Positions 21,680 through 34,868 of a DNA stretch of 57,883 bases are shown piece by piece. Position 1 is the stretch's first letter; each line of letters opens with the position of its first letter. Under the pieces are notes generated by a model that was given only the letters and a program-made list of their open reading frames with translations, had not been told where the DNA came from and ran no database searches. This DNA is from Octopus bimaculoides (taxonomy: Eukaryota): the NCBI RefSeq assembly GCF_001194135.2, contig NC_069000.1:14848298-14906180 (forward strand), given 5' to 3'. The translations under genes were made by a program, and so were the position numbers.

Positions 21680-23849
21680 ATAGAATAGCAGAGAAATCAG
21701 AGAAGAGAGTTGTCAGCAAGCTATTTCAATGATGTAACAAACTGATGATCCAAGATATTATATGTTCTGGTAATGGAAGTCATTGTAAAGGCAAACAAAC
21801 ACACATTTGGTATTGTATAATCATATAATTTATGAGAAAAGGAGGAGTCTTGAAGTGGTCGTTTGATCTGCTAGAAATATTCAACTCAAAGTGGGTGGGA
21901 TGCAATGAATAATGTAGTCCTAGATATATTACGTCTGAAAATATTGAGCTCAAATTTTGGCATAAGGTTAGTAATTTCAGGGAGGGGATGAGTGATTACA
22001 CTGACCCCAGTACTCAACTGGGATGAAAAGATGAAAGGCAAAGTTTACCTCAGCAGCATATTTATGTCTGAAAATAGTAAGACAAGATAGTCACTGCTGG
22101 AATGCCTTTGGTTGTGATTCATCTGAATTAAAGTAGAGCTAGGGTTGAACAACATCATCTATCAGAGAGAGAGAGAGAGAGAGAGAAAGGAAGGAAAGAA
22201 GGAAGAATGAAAGAAAGAAAGAAAGGAAGAAAAAGAGAATATAGTGCCAATGAAATATTAAATATCTGACACAAGTTATTCTCTCTAATCTTAATGTTTC
22301 TTTGAAACAAACCAAATCTCAAATCTCAAAATTATGTTCCACTTCAAGACTTCATATTTTTCTTCAATCATATCTTTAACAAAAAAAAAAAAAAAAAAAA
22401 AAAAAAAANNNNNNNNNNNNNNNNNNNNNNNNNNNNNNNNNNNNNNNNNNNNNNNNNNNNNNNNNNNNNNNNNNNNNNNNNNNNNNNNNNNNNNNNNNNN
22501 NNNNNNNNNNNNNNNNNNNNNNNNNNNNNNNNNNNNNNNNNNNNNNNNNNNNNNNNNNNNNNNNNNNNNNNNNNNNNNNNNNNNNNNNNNNNNNNNNNNN
22601 NNNNNNNNNNNNNNNNNNNNNNNNNNNNNNNNNNNNNNNNNNNNNNNNNNNNNNNNNNNNNNNNNNNNNNNNNNNNNNNNNNNNNNNNNNNNNNNNNNNN
22701 NNNNNNNNNNNNNNNNNNNNNNNNNNNNNNNNNNNNNNNNNNNNNNNNNNNNNNNNNNNNNNNNNNNNNNNNNNNNNNNNNNNNNNNNNNNNNNNNNNNN
22801 NNNNNNNNNNNNNNNNNNNNNNGTGTGTGTGTGTGTGTGGTCAATGTCCTTAAGAGAAGTATTCTTTTATTCTTTTACTTGTTTCAGTTGTCTGACTACG
22901 GCCATGCTGGAGCACCGCTTTAAGGTTTTTTTTTAGTTGAAGAAATTGACAAAGATGATGAGGATGATGATGATCACAATGATGATGATGGAAAATGCAT
23001 TCAATAATGTTGTCTTAGATACTATGACCGAGGAAAGAGTTGATAATCAAGGTGGAAGTACCATTGATCATAGATAAATTTACTTACTTAAGCAGGACTT
23101 ACCTGGGGCTAAACAACAACAACTACTACTGCTACTACTACCACTACTATAAAGAACATGAGAAAAAGAAATCCCCACTAAACCTAACTTTGGGCTAACG
23201 TAAATCATACAGAATCGTACTCCATTCCATGTAATTCAGGATAAATCTTACCAAGGTCAACTCAACCTTTTTCGTTTTTCTTCTCATAATGATCAATAAA
23301 ATAAATATGAAACCAACCAGAATTTGAATGAATGAGTTGTAATGTCAGCTGAGAAAGTCACTAGATGTTTGCTGTAGCAGTCTGATAGCTCACAGTTTCT
23401 ATGCTGTATCTTGCTGCTGCAGCAAATCTCTAAGAAACAAAGAAACTTGCCATTGACTAGCATCCTATCCTATGTCAAGATGTGCTTCTCACCTTGCTTG
23501 ATTCTATTTTAAAAGAACAGATCGGGAAATAGAGTTTATATAGCTTTGTCAGCTGGTGTGATTTTGTGAAATTAAACAATGAAGTATTTCTTTGGTTTAG
23601 AGGCACGGTATAACAGAGAGGGACATAAGCTGAATGAAGGGATTGGGGGATCAATAAAATAAATGTATCGACCCCTTACCTAGGGATGAAAGACTAAACC
23701 AGTCTGCTTTAATGGTTGTATGTATATGATGTGTGTGTGTGTGTGTGCATGTGTATGTGAGTGTGTGTGAGTGTGTCTGTGTGTGCTTGTACTTATGTGT
23801 TCCATGTATGTATGTATGTATGTAGTTATGTATCTATGTCTTTCTGTCT

Positions 23850-24040
23850 GTGTTTGTCTTCCACCACTGCTTGACAACTGGTGTTGGTGTATTTACATCC
23901 TTGTAACTTAGCAGTTTGGTTAAAGAGATTGATAGAATAAGTATCAGAGTTAAAAAGAAAATATATACTGGGGTTGATACATTTGACTAAAATTCCTCAA
24001 GGCAGTGCCCCAGCATGGCCACAGTCTAACAACTGAAAGA
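23850..24040 (+). mobile_element. SINE family A 3' half (CpG-decayed)
   Basis: Similar to 49-210, with CpGs converted to TG/CA. Confidence 0.8.
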
Positions 24041-24049
24041 GAGATGATC

Positions 24050-24235
24050 CGTTGACTGAACACTATTCAATTTTTTTTCTCCGTGTTTTTCTCCTTGTCT
24101 CTGTATTCTTTCTGTTGAAGAGCGTAGCTTGAAACGTCAAAGACTTTCCGTATTCCCGAGCGTCATACTAATATATACTTTTGTTATTTACACCACCTGT
24201 CCTCGTCTGTTGTTATTATTTGTATATTCTCCCAT
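24050..24235 (+). mobile_element. Possible Penelope-like element terminal fragment
   Basis: TTGAAGAGCGTAGCTTGAAACGT resembles the recalled CTGAAGA...CGAAACG motif of Penelope-like pseudo-LTRs; motif-level evidence only. Confidence 0.4.
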
Positions 24236-24834
24236 ATATATATATATGCATATCTTTATGGCCCAGAAGAAATACTTTTAAGCATTTTTCTGATACCCTA
24301 ATGGTTCTGCCAACTCGTTGTTGTTATATATATATACATGGCAGACTTCCATAGAATTTCTCTGTCTACCAATTCCACTTACAAGACATTAGTTGGCTCA
24401 AGGTACAGTGGAAGGCATTTGCGCAAGATGCCATGCAGTACCTGGCTGTATTTAATCAAGCTGTTTATAGTCTTAGTTTCATATTTTTAACACAAACACA
24501 AATCATAAACTTTAAAGAATGGGTGTATAGATGATTAAATACCTGGCTGAAATACCCAATTAAATGCCAGTACTTGGTTGGTATTTAATTTTCTAATTTC
24601 TGGAAGTGCAAAATGCAAAAACACTTTAAATAGAATATGAATTTAGAGCATGAAGAGGTTCAATTAAAAAATAAAGTTGTGATTAATTTATTACATTGCT
24701 ACAAGCCTACAAATTAGTAGAAAAGTGCTGTTCTTAGAGGTATACTTCATTGGAAGTTATTGCAGTATAATGTGGTTGTAAAATTTATTACTCCAGAATG
24801 ACATAAGTGTATGTCAACGCAAGGTTGAATAATA

Positions 24835-25125
24835 ATCTCACCATTTGAGCATGATTGTTACCAACGTCGCCTTCCTGGCACTTGTGCCAGTGGCTTGTGA
24901 AAAGACATTTGAGCGAGATCGTTGCCAGTACCGCTGGACTGGCTCTTGTGCAGGTGGCACGTAAAATACACCATTTCGAGCGTGGCTGTTGCCAGTACCA
25001 CCTGACTGGCCTTCGTGCAGGTGGCACGTAAAAGCACCCACTACACTCTCGGAGTGGTTGCCGTTAGGAAGGGCATCCAGCTGTAGAAACTCTTCCAAAT
25101 CAGATTGGAGCCTGGTCTAGCCATA
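24835..25125 (+). mobile_element. RTE-related retroposon body with an internal repeat of about 67 bp
   Basis: GTTGCCAGTACC...GTGCAGGTGGCACGTAAAA at 24921 and 24988, then GTTAGGAAGGGCATCCAGCTGTAGAAAC; a related copy at 52400-52690 ends in the (GAT)n tip. Confidence 0.65.
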
Positions 25126-25199
25126 TTGTGTACCGTTCAGTGATGGTTAGATCAACAAAAAAAAAATACTCCATCTGGTGAGAGATAAGTAGTATTTAA

Positions 25200-25510
25200 T
25201 AGACATAATACATGTTTTTATGTGCTAGTAATAGATTCTTGTGCTGAGAACATGCCAAAATAATGCATACCCGGTGTGCACATAAATTCTCTTGCAAAAA
25301 ATCTGCATGGTCAACACATTTTGATTCACCTGTCCGCCAGTTTTGAGGATAATCAAACCAAAATTTAATGAGTTCGAGCCATTCACCCAATGACTATTTC
25401 TGCTAAATTTAGTGAAAATCCATTCAGCTGTTTTCCAGTAATTTTGCAAACACACAAACAAACAGACAGTGACTACAATACCCTGCTTTCGCTTACACAT
25501 GCAGGATAAC
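25200..25510 (-). mobile_element. Helentron-associated (HINE / DINE-1-like) non-autonomous element fragment
   Basis: Minus strand GCAGGGTATTG...TCTGTTTGTTTGTGTG...GAATGGATTTTCAC.AAATTT: the (GTTT)n plus GGATTTT..TGAAA layout also seen at 30939 and 49932. Confidence 0.55.
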
Positions 25511-26595
25511 AACAACAACAACAATAGTAATTGTTTCTTTTCTTATTTAGGCAGAAGGCCAGTAATATTGAGGGAAGTGGGGTAGTCAGTTACATCAATC
25601 CAGCATTTGAATACAATACTAATGCCATGACTAAATGTTTTCACTCATGCTTAATTTAGTTCAATATAATTCAGTGACATGATTACTGTTGCCAGTATAA
25701 AATAAACTTCAGCAAGCTAAGTCTATAATGTCATTTTTTTCCGCTCTGATGACTAATTAAAAAAAAAAAAAAAAAAAGCATGATTATCTTTATAATGTAA
25801 TTTTCCATTACATTTGTATTTAATGTAAGCAATCATTTCTTGTATTCATATGTGTAATTCTATTTGACATGACAGATTGTTCATGTAAAACCATTATTAC
25901 TATTTGCATCTAAAGTATGTAATTTCGCACAGATGGCACAAAATTAAACTGGATATTTTATTTTAGATTCTGAGGCTTTGCATTAGCAGTGCTTTGCGGG
26001 GTTTTAGCTGTGTAATAATGTCCATGTGTAAAAATGGTGTTGTTCAAGACCACTTCTTTGGTATCTTTTATTCTTTATTTTTTACTTGTTTCAGTCATTA
26101 GACTGTAGCCATGCTGGAGCACTGCCTTGAAGAGTTTTAGTTGACTGAATTGACCCCAGTACTTTTTTTTTTTAAAGCCTGGTACTTATTCTTTCAATCT
26201 TTTTTGGTGAACCACTAAGTTATGGGAACGTAAACACACAAATATTGGTTGTCAAGTGGAGGCAGTGGTCAAACACAGACACAAAGACCTCGTCCCTCCC
26301 TAATTCTTCTGTTCCTTTGCCTCTACCTCTCTCCTCCCTCTCCATGTGACCGGTGTTCAGCCAAGCCTAACCTTTCTTTCTTGGTTCAACTACCATCCAT
26401 GCAACATCTATATTCCTTCTCATGCCTGTCATCTCTTATGTCACTGCCTTATAAGGCTTCACTTCCACATATGCCAGCTTAATTTAATTTGTCTTTAGTC
26501 GAAAGACACCTGTTATTGTGTCCTGTTATTTGCATTTGTATTTATGTACCATTTCTCTGTTTTTTTTCTGTCCTTGTTTTGTTATCCATATATAT

Positions 26596-26782
26596 ATGTA
26601 TTGGAATGGCTCCAAAAGATATAGAAGTCCTTGCTTCAGATCGAGTTGGATGGCAAACAAGGGTGTGGAGTGGAGTGAAAGCATTTGAAGAGGCCAGGAT
26701 GATGCAAGCAGGGCTCAAGAGACATTTAAGGAAAAATGTAAAGACTGAGAAGGTGAATGACAAGGACCTTTTTGTGTGCACA
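26596..26782 (+). pseudogene. RTE (BovB-like) LINE ORF C-terminal fragment
   Basis: IGMAPKDIEVLASDRVGWQTRVWSGVKAFEEARMMQAGLKRHLRK...LFVCT matches the recalled WExLAxDRxxWR...GxxxFExxR...KRxxRK...FxC pattern at the end of RTE ORFs; runs into the gap. Confidence 0.75.
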
Positions 26783-27813
26783 NNNNNNNNNNNNNNNNNN
26801 NNNNNNNNNNNNNNNNNNNNNNNNNNNNNNNNNNNNNNNNNNNNNNNNNNNNNNNNNNNNNNNNNNNNNNNNNNNNNNNNNNNNNNNNNNNNNNNNNNNN
26901 NNNNNNNNNNNNNNNNNNNNNNNNNNNNNNNNNNNNNNNNNNNNNNNNNNNNNNNNNNNNNNNNNNNNNNNNNNNNNNNNNNNNNNNNNNNNNNNNNNNN
27001 NNNNNNNNNNNNNNNNNNNNNNNNNNNNNNNNNNNNNNNNNNNNNNNNNNNNNNNNNNNNNNNNNNNNNNNNNNNNNNNNNNNNNNNNNNNNNNNNNNNN
27101 NNNNNNNNNNNNNNNNNNNNNNNNNNNNNNNNNNNNNNNNNNNNNNNNNNNNNNNNNNNNTATATATGTTTGTATTAGAGGTTAATAAACCATCTAAGGG
27201 ATATGAAATATCCAACATACTTCTGGATGTGTATCTACATATTTTTAACCAAGTGCCTACTATTGCATGGCAATATTGCAATTGAATACTAGGTATGGGT
27301 GGGGGTAAACTGGAAGTTTATCCAGGATTTATAAGACAAATAAGAAAATAGAGAGGATATAAAATTGACAAACATCAGCCAGTAAACATTCCATTATATC
27401 TGTTTATTGAATGATAACAAACATGTGTTTAAGTGGTACAAGTAAACGAATGAGATCAGCCAATAGATACATAAACAGATATATATATATAGAGAGAGAG
27501 AAATGAATGAATAATAATAGATGAGTGTACAGGATCCTTGCTTTAAATGATGGAAGATATTGTCATTGTTGAGGGTGGTGATCTTTAGTCAACGAGTGCG
27601 AGATGCAGGAGAGTTGTAATCCGAGTACATTGGACCAAAAGAGTCATGGAGATAGAGCTGTACTAGTGGTAGAATGTGAAGCAGTTATATAACAATTAAT
27701 GTAAACCATAATATTGCCTCAGAGTATCTCTGAGGGCTTTTAAGACATAGCACTTAATTTCGGTATCATGGAAGTAAGGTGATATAAGATAAATTTCTCT
27801 CAGAGCAGAATAC

Positions 27814-27873
27814 CTGTATATCAATGTAAAGTAACATTCTCTGATGAACTCAATATCTTTTCCCCACAGATAA
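27814..27873 (-). CDS. Candidate 60-nt symmetric (phase 2-2) exon, YLWGKDIEFIRECYFTLIY
   Basis: Acceptor ATCCTGTTTAG| and donor CAG|GTATTC; only one open frame; no homology recognised. Confidence 0.15.
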
Positions 27874-28149
27874 CTAAACAGGATATTGCACAAACGCACA
27901 GTTACACTGACAACTTATCAACACAACCTGATGTTATTCTCAAGTTATTTAATCCTACATTTATATCAGTCTGTAGGTTAAGTTGTCCTTTGGATAAAGT
28001 CATAAAACTTCATAAAATTTCTCTATTTTTTTGTCATCTTTTTATTTGTTTTTTTTCTTCCCTTGATTAAATTCTGATGAATAAACCTGTTCCTAAAATG
28101 GTTAAGTTTTTTTTTCTCTTTATTGCATTTAGTGCGTGAGATAAATAAA

Positions 28150-28190
28150 TGTATACACATATGCCCATACATACACACACATGTATGTAT

Positions 28191-28221
<31 letters not shown>

Positions 28222-28379
28222 CATATGTATATATGATGATGATGTATATGAGTTTGTGTGCGTTTACATCATACATAAATGAGTATATATATGTGTGAGT
28301 GTGTGTATTTATATATACACACATACATATGTATACACACACATACACATATATACACACATATATATATACATACATA

Positions 28380-28412
<33 letters not shown>

Positions 28413-28494
28413 GTACGTATGTATGTATAAACATAGATATTTGCATATATGTATATGTTGTATATATGTACATGTGTTTATATATGTAGTGTGT

Positions 28495-28561
<67 letters not shown>

Positions 28562-28600
28562 ATATATATATACATACATACATATACATATTGGTATACA
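28150..28600. repeat. Compound (TA)/(CA)/(TG) microsatellite
   Basis: Low-complexity dinucleotide mosaic; similar tracts at 51800-52075 and 53200-53540. Confidence 0.95.
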
Positions 28601-29468
28601 CAAATACAAATGTACTCAGACACAGTCACTTGATTTATAAGCTAAATTTATCACCAGCCATGCAAGTTTCCATATGCAAAATCTCATTCAACCACACACT
28701 CTCCAGAGATTTGAGACCTTCTCTGTAAACTGGGCTCCATTCAAAATCAAAATAGAATTACTGTTGAGTTAACAGATGGTGGTGGTAGAGGTGGTGGTGG
28801 TGGCAGTGGTGTTCCTTCTTCTCTTCTTCCTTCTTTTTCTTTTTCTTCTTCTTTGCGTGTGAGAAATAATTATATTCAAAACAAGCCACAAAATTACCAA
28901 AACAGTCAGCAAAAGTAAATAATTAAAGTAGAAACAAAGAAATCAATTGAATATTTAGGAATGTGGAATAAGGATAGTGAATGGTGTGTGGTCTCAGGAA
29001 GTACACATGCACACTCACACACACACATACACACACACACTTATATATAAATATACACACGCTGTTACCATCATCATCGTCATTGTCATTATCATCATCA
29101 TCATCATCATCATCACCATCACATGTTCATTGTTTCTTAACATTCATTTTTCCATGCTTGTGTGGGTCAGACAGAATCCTTTGAAGTAGATTTTTCTACA
29201 GCTGAATGCCTTTCCCATCACCAACCATCATCGTTTCTCAAGCAAGGTAATATTACCCCATGGTCAAACATGATTTCATAGAGGATTGTATGGCTACATG
29301 TTGGTTTACACACACACACACATACACACACATGATGGGCTTCTTTCACAAGGGTTTGGTTGGCCCAAGGCTATAGTAGAAGACATTCGCCTAAGGTGCC
29401 ACAGCATGGGACTGAACATTGAACCATGTGGTTGAGAAGCAAACTTCTTACCACACAGCCACACACAC

Positions 29469-29507
<39 letters not shown>

Positions 29508-30721
29508 CGTGTGCGTGCATGTGTGTGTGTGTGCATGTGTGTAAGTGATGGAGGCACACTGTTGACAATTCCCATCAGAATAAAACACGCTACACATGTT
29601 CCTTCCAAGCATTGCTGTAAACAGCAGAAGTGAGCTAGAATGTTAAAACTTTGTGTGCTTGCACAGCGGAGTTTAAGGTCAATCTGAGCCTTGTGGCTTC
29701 ACTCTGGATGTTTTAGCTTCATTACTATGGCAACAATATGAATACTTATTGATCAGACCACATATGTGCTTGTAACATAAACAGTCACAATTAGCGATGA
29801 CTCAATTTTTCCTATATGGTTTATTTTGTACTCAGCTACCCACGTTAACTTTATGTATGTATATATATATATATAATACACACACACACACGATGGGTTG
29901 TTTAGTTCCCATCTACCAAATGCATTCACAAGGCTTCGATCACCTCCGGAGCTATAGCAGAAAACACTTCCCCCCGTATACCATGCAATGGGATTGAACT
30001 AAAAACCATGTAGTTTGAAAGCAAATTGAAAAGCAAACATATTACTGCACAACCACATCTACTCTTGTTTACTTAAGGAGTGAGAAATTTACAGCAATAC
30101 GCACACACACACACACATGCACAGATTTATATATATATATANNNNNNNNNNNNNNNNNNNNNNNNNNNNNNNNNNNNNNNNNNNNNNNNNNNNNNNNNNN
30201 NNNNNNNNNNNNNNNNNNNNNNNNNNNNNNNNNNNNNNNNNNNNNNNNNNNNNNNNNNNNNNNNNNNNNNNNNNNNNNNNNNNNNNNNTATATATATGCA
30301 TACATATAGTTTCCAGGTTTAAATTATGTCAAGGTGTGAGATAAATGAAACTTAATTGGCTTTAAATTCCTCACTCCTTAGATAAATAAGTAAATAGTGT
30401 AAACAAATGGATAAATGACATGAGAATTAGGTTAGTTGAGAAATGGTTGAAAAACAATGTCTATATTTTATTAAGAACTTGCAGCTGGCCAAATCGGCTA
30501 AAATCTCAGTTTTCTGGATTCAAAATTTGATCCTGTGTATTGTATCACTGATGCTGTTCACAAAGGCTAGGCCAAGGCCAATATACTCAATCACGTACTG
30601 GCTCAGTCTGCTTAGTTGTGAATAGATACCATTAAGAGATTCAGCTCATGACTTTAAGCAGCAGAAAGTGTTAAACTGAAGTGTGTGCATTTTTTTTTAC
30701 TTATTATTATTGTTATTATTA

Positions 30722-30937
30722 AGGTGGTGAGCTGGCAGAGTCGTTAGCATGCAAGACGAAATGCTTAGCGGTATTTCACCCATCGCTACGTTCTGAGTTC
30801 AAATTCCGTTGAGGTTGACTTTGCCTTTCATTCTTTTGGAGTTGATAAATTAGGTACAAATGAAGCACTGGGGTTGATGTAATCGACTGGCCCCCATCCT
30901 TCCAAATTTCAGGCCTTGTGTCTATAGCAGAAATGAT
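30722..30937 (+). mobile_element. SINE family B, full length
   Basis: Runs from the GGTGGTGAGCTGGCAGAG head to the GGCCTTGTG.CTATAG.AGAAA tail. Confidence 0.88.
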
Positions 30938-30938
30938 T

Positions 30939-31260
30939 CTTACCTCTGCCTTAGTGAAGGCGGAGGTATTGTTTTCAGTTGTGTTTGTTTGCTTGTCCGG
31001 GGACAAGATATCTCAAGAACCACTGGATGGATTCAGATGAAACTTTAAGGGATGTTTGGCCTCATGACTGGCATGAACTGATTAGATTTTGGGGATCAAT
31101 CCAGTACTGGACAAGGATTCTGGATTATTTGTTATACTTACTCTACTTTGCATGAAGTATTACGATCTTACATTAACTTTGAAGTCTTTCTCTGATTATC
31201 TCCCTTGAAACCACACTCATGGTTTCCATGTAAGTTATGGCGGCATTGCTGTTTCCAAAG
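30939..31260 (+). mobile_element. HINE-like element, 5' part
   Basis: 5' hairpin ACCTCTGCCTT-AGTG-AAGGCGGAGGT, then (GTTT)n and GATGGATT..GATGAAACTTT; strongly similar to 49932-50090; right boundary approximate. Confidence 0.7.
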
Positions 31261-31539
31261 TTTTATTTTTGTTTCTCTATTATTAATTTTACTTGCATTC
31301 AGCATATAATAGCTGGATGGGTGACAGATGGATATTAACCAGCACTTGGGTGGTACCCATCACAGCTGATTAGACTGGAGCAGTATGAAAGGAAGTGCTC
31401 TGCTCAAGGACACATCGTGCTGCCCAATCCAGTAGTTGAACGACAAAGTTATGATTGTAAATCAAGCATCCTGTCTATTAAGTTACATCAGAGTCAGTTT
31501 GCTATACTAAAAATAGATACCATATGAAGATGTTGTTAC

Positions 31540-32005
31540 TGCGTGGTAAGAAGCTTGCTTCCCGACCACATAGTTCTGGGTTCAGTCCAGCTGTGTGGCA
31601 AGTGTCTTCTATTATAGCCTTGGGCCAGCCAAAGCCTTGTGAGTCAATTTTGTAGATGGAAACTGAAAGAAGCCCATTGTATATGTGTGTGTGCATGCAC
31701 ACATGTGTGTGCATGCGCACGTGTGTGTGCATGCGCACGTGTGTGTGCATGCGCACATGTGTGTGTGTGCATGCGCACATGTGTGTGTGTGTGCATGCGC
31801 ACATGTGTGTGTGTGTCTTTGTATCTGTGTTTGTCCCCTACCACTGCTTGACAGTTGGTGTTGGTGTGTTTGCATCCCCATAACTTAGCTGTTTGGTAAA
31901 AGAGACCAATAGAATAAGTACCAAGCTTAACAAAAAAAAAGAAAAAATATTGTTCAAGGTGGTACTCCAGCATGGCCACAAACCTAATGACTGAAACAAG
32001 TAAAA
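31540..32005 (+). mobile_element. SINE family A, full length, with an expanded internal alternating purine-pyrimidine tract (31678-31816)
   Basis: Head at 31540-31677, tract of GTGCATGCGCAC(A/G)TGTGT units, tail at 31817-32005. Confidence 0.85.
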
Positions 32006-34379
32006 GATATTAAAAAAAATATAAAAGGTAGTCTCCTGTTAAAATCTCTGTGTGTGTATAGCATATATAACATAATATATAAGTTTTCTGGCCTGCAGTG
32101 ATACGTCAAAAATTATCCAGTGAATTTAGTTAGATTTATGATATTCACAAGGTTGACTTGTCCTAGATAAACTGTATGAAAATTGATGATTTTTGAGCTG
32201 GTCCATAATAACATGATGAGTTATGAGATTTCTTTCACAGCTGAATTGTTGCTGCATGCATATTTTATTTTTCTCAGCAAGTGAATGCTTTTTTTTTTTT
32301 GTCAAACTATTCAAATGGTTAGTTGTGTAAAAAAAAGGGTGTGGTAATGATTTTTGTCAGGGCTGACAAAAGCAAGCACAGTCATATGTATATATCTTGC
32401 CCTAGAGTATACACTATAACAGTAGAAATACTATATCCAAAAGAATATAATTTTGGATTACCTCTTACAATCATGAGGTTGTGAGTTCGATTCCTGGACC
32501 GAGCTGTATGTTATGTTCTTGAGCAAGAAACTTTATTTCCCATTGCTCTTCTTCATTCAGCTGTAGAAATGAGTCGCAGTGTCACTGGTGCTTAGCTGTA
32601 TCAGCCTTTGCACAACTTGGGCAACTTCAGTGGTGTGGAGAAGCGAGACTGGTCTGCATGGGTGATTGCCTGTTTTCCAGAAACAAACTTACCTGGACTT
32701 GTGCCTCAAAGGGGAACTTTCTAGGAGCGTGCCTCAAAGGGGAACTTTCTAGGAGCAATCTTACAGAGGAGGAGGAGGAGGAAAGAACTTAAATCTGGCC
32801 TGAATGCTTGTATTTGTGTAGGCATGGAACGCAGACGCTTGCTTTGCAACCACATGGTTTTGGGTTCAGTTCCACTTCACTATATTAAAATTGGAATTTT
32901 AAAGAATTTTCATGATAAAATCTCATCATCATCATCATTTAACATCCGCTTTCTATGCTGGCATGTGTTGGACGATTTGACCGAGGAGTGGCGAGTCAAA
33001 TGGCTGCACCAGGCTCCAATCTGAACAGACTTTAATAATTGCATTCTTTTAGTAAGAGTTACTTAATTCCAACCAAATTAATAAGCAGCTTTTCCTATTA
33101 CTTCAAATAATATATACTATCTTTGTATTAGTCACATAGACATTTTGAGGGTACAAAGCAACATTCTTATTATAACCAATGATTTTTTTGAACATCACAA
33201 ACATCAACAGCTTCTCTAACCCTTCACTGAAATATTGGGCCATTATATTTAGTTAAAGCAAACATATTGTATCGTTCATAAGCAAACACACACATACATT
33301 TTTTTCTATGCCTCAGAAATACCTACCCAAACCTTTTCACATAGATACCCCATTCAAATCCATTCACACTACCAGCCAAACCTATTCTGTCACCTATCAC
33401 CTATTCAATTACTCACTCAACCAAACCCAACAGGTCTCTTCCACCCACTCACTCACTCACTCAATCGTTATCCCAAACTTATTAAATAAGAGAGAGCAAA
33501 AGAGAAAGGAAGAGAGAGAGAGGGAAACAAAAGAGGGTTTGTAGAAAAAAAAAATGGAGCTGTGAGAGTTGTGGATTACTATATTGACTAACAATCATGA
33601 AATATTAGAGAACCACTCCACCTCTGCTAAATACATGAGGTGTGGTTTGACCATGAAGGATTGGTGGAAATTTCAGTGCAGAAGATACATTCTGAAACAC
33701 ACACAGCCATTATTTCATTATGAAAACAAAAACTTGGAAACTAGATCTGCCCCNNNNNNNNNNAACCCCGACTCCCTACTCTTCTTACTGTTGGCTATTA
33801 CTGTAATGATTAAATTGCTTGTTGTTCTAATGAAGAAAATGGCTTCACACCATATAAGGTTTGTTAGTAGTAATGCTCACTTTACAAGCCTGTGGACAAG
33901 AGCTTTCTACATAGTCGCTCGACCTGTTTTAAAGTAGCAGCAGATTCTACATCAACAAACTCCCCGATCTCTTAAAATGTACAGCATAAGGTGGCTGTGG
34001 TTAAACAAAAAGGCTGATCATAATTTCAGTCTGAATTAATGTGCTCAACCCCATCTTCCACCCTGGTCGATATTTTGTGCCCCATACAAGGAATTTAAAA
34101 CAAGATGTTTCAGCCCAGACTCAAACGAATTCCAACCATGACAATCTCTACATTTTTTTTTTTTTGGTTTAGTGTACCTGGAATACATTATTCAATATAT
34201 CTTTTCCTTATTTAAGTTGCTAGGGTGTGATATAAAGCTGTGATCCCCAATCTTTTTTTTTTGCATCACAGAGTGGTTTCAAGCAAGACAATTTCTCCAC
34301 AGACAAGGGGATCACACAAACAACAAACACAATAAAGTGCATAAGGTATAATTTAATTATTACATATATAATACATATA

Positions 34380-34405
34380 CAGGGTTGGCCAAAAGTCACT
34401 TGACA
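34380..34405 (+). mobile_element. Solo Tc1/mariner-like TIR
   Basis: TA|CAGGGTTGGCCAAAAGTCACTTGACA; no partner end found. Confidence 0.5.
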
Positions 34406-34478
34406 GTGAATAAAACCCATTTAATTCCAAGATATATTTATGATTAATAATTGAAAGAATTTAATAAAAGCATCTAAA

Positions 34479-34868
34479 GGCGCAGGAGTGACTATGTGGT
34501 AAGTAGCTTGCTTACCAATCACATGGTTCCGGGTTCATTCCTACTGTGTGGCACCTTGGACAAGTGTCTTCTACTATAGCCTTGGGCCAACCAAAGCCTT
34601 GTGAGTGGATTTGGTAGACGGAAACTGAAAGAAGCCCGTCGTATATATGTATATATATATATATGTATGTGTGTTTGTGTGTCTGTGTTTGTCCCCCCAA
34701 CATCACTTGACAACTAATGCTGGTGTGTTTATGTCCCCGTAACTTAGCGGTTCAGCTAAGATAGAATAAGTACTAGGCATCCAAAGAATAAGTCCTGGGG
34801 TCGATTTGCTCGACTAAAGGCAGTGCTCCAGCATGGCTGCAGTCAAATGACTGAAGCAAGTAAAAGAG
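34479..34868 (+). mobile_element. SINE family A, full length (CORE-SINE / OR2-like)
   Basis: tRNA-like head (TGGCTGTGTGG-type A box, GGTTCA.TCC B box), then GGCACCTTGGACAAGTG resembling the CORE domain, an internal (TA)/(TG) tract, and a GTAAAAGAG tail. The OR2 name is recalled from the octopus SINE literature and was not verified here. Confidence 0.85.

Noticed and set aside
32701-32756. Perfect 28-bp tandem duplication
   Set aside because: It lies in a SINE tail and looks like ordinary slippage; similar small duplications occur at about 2848-2911 and 57723-57759.
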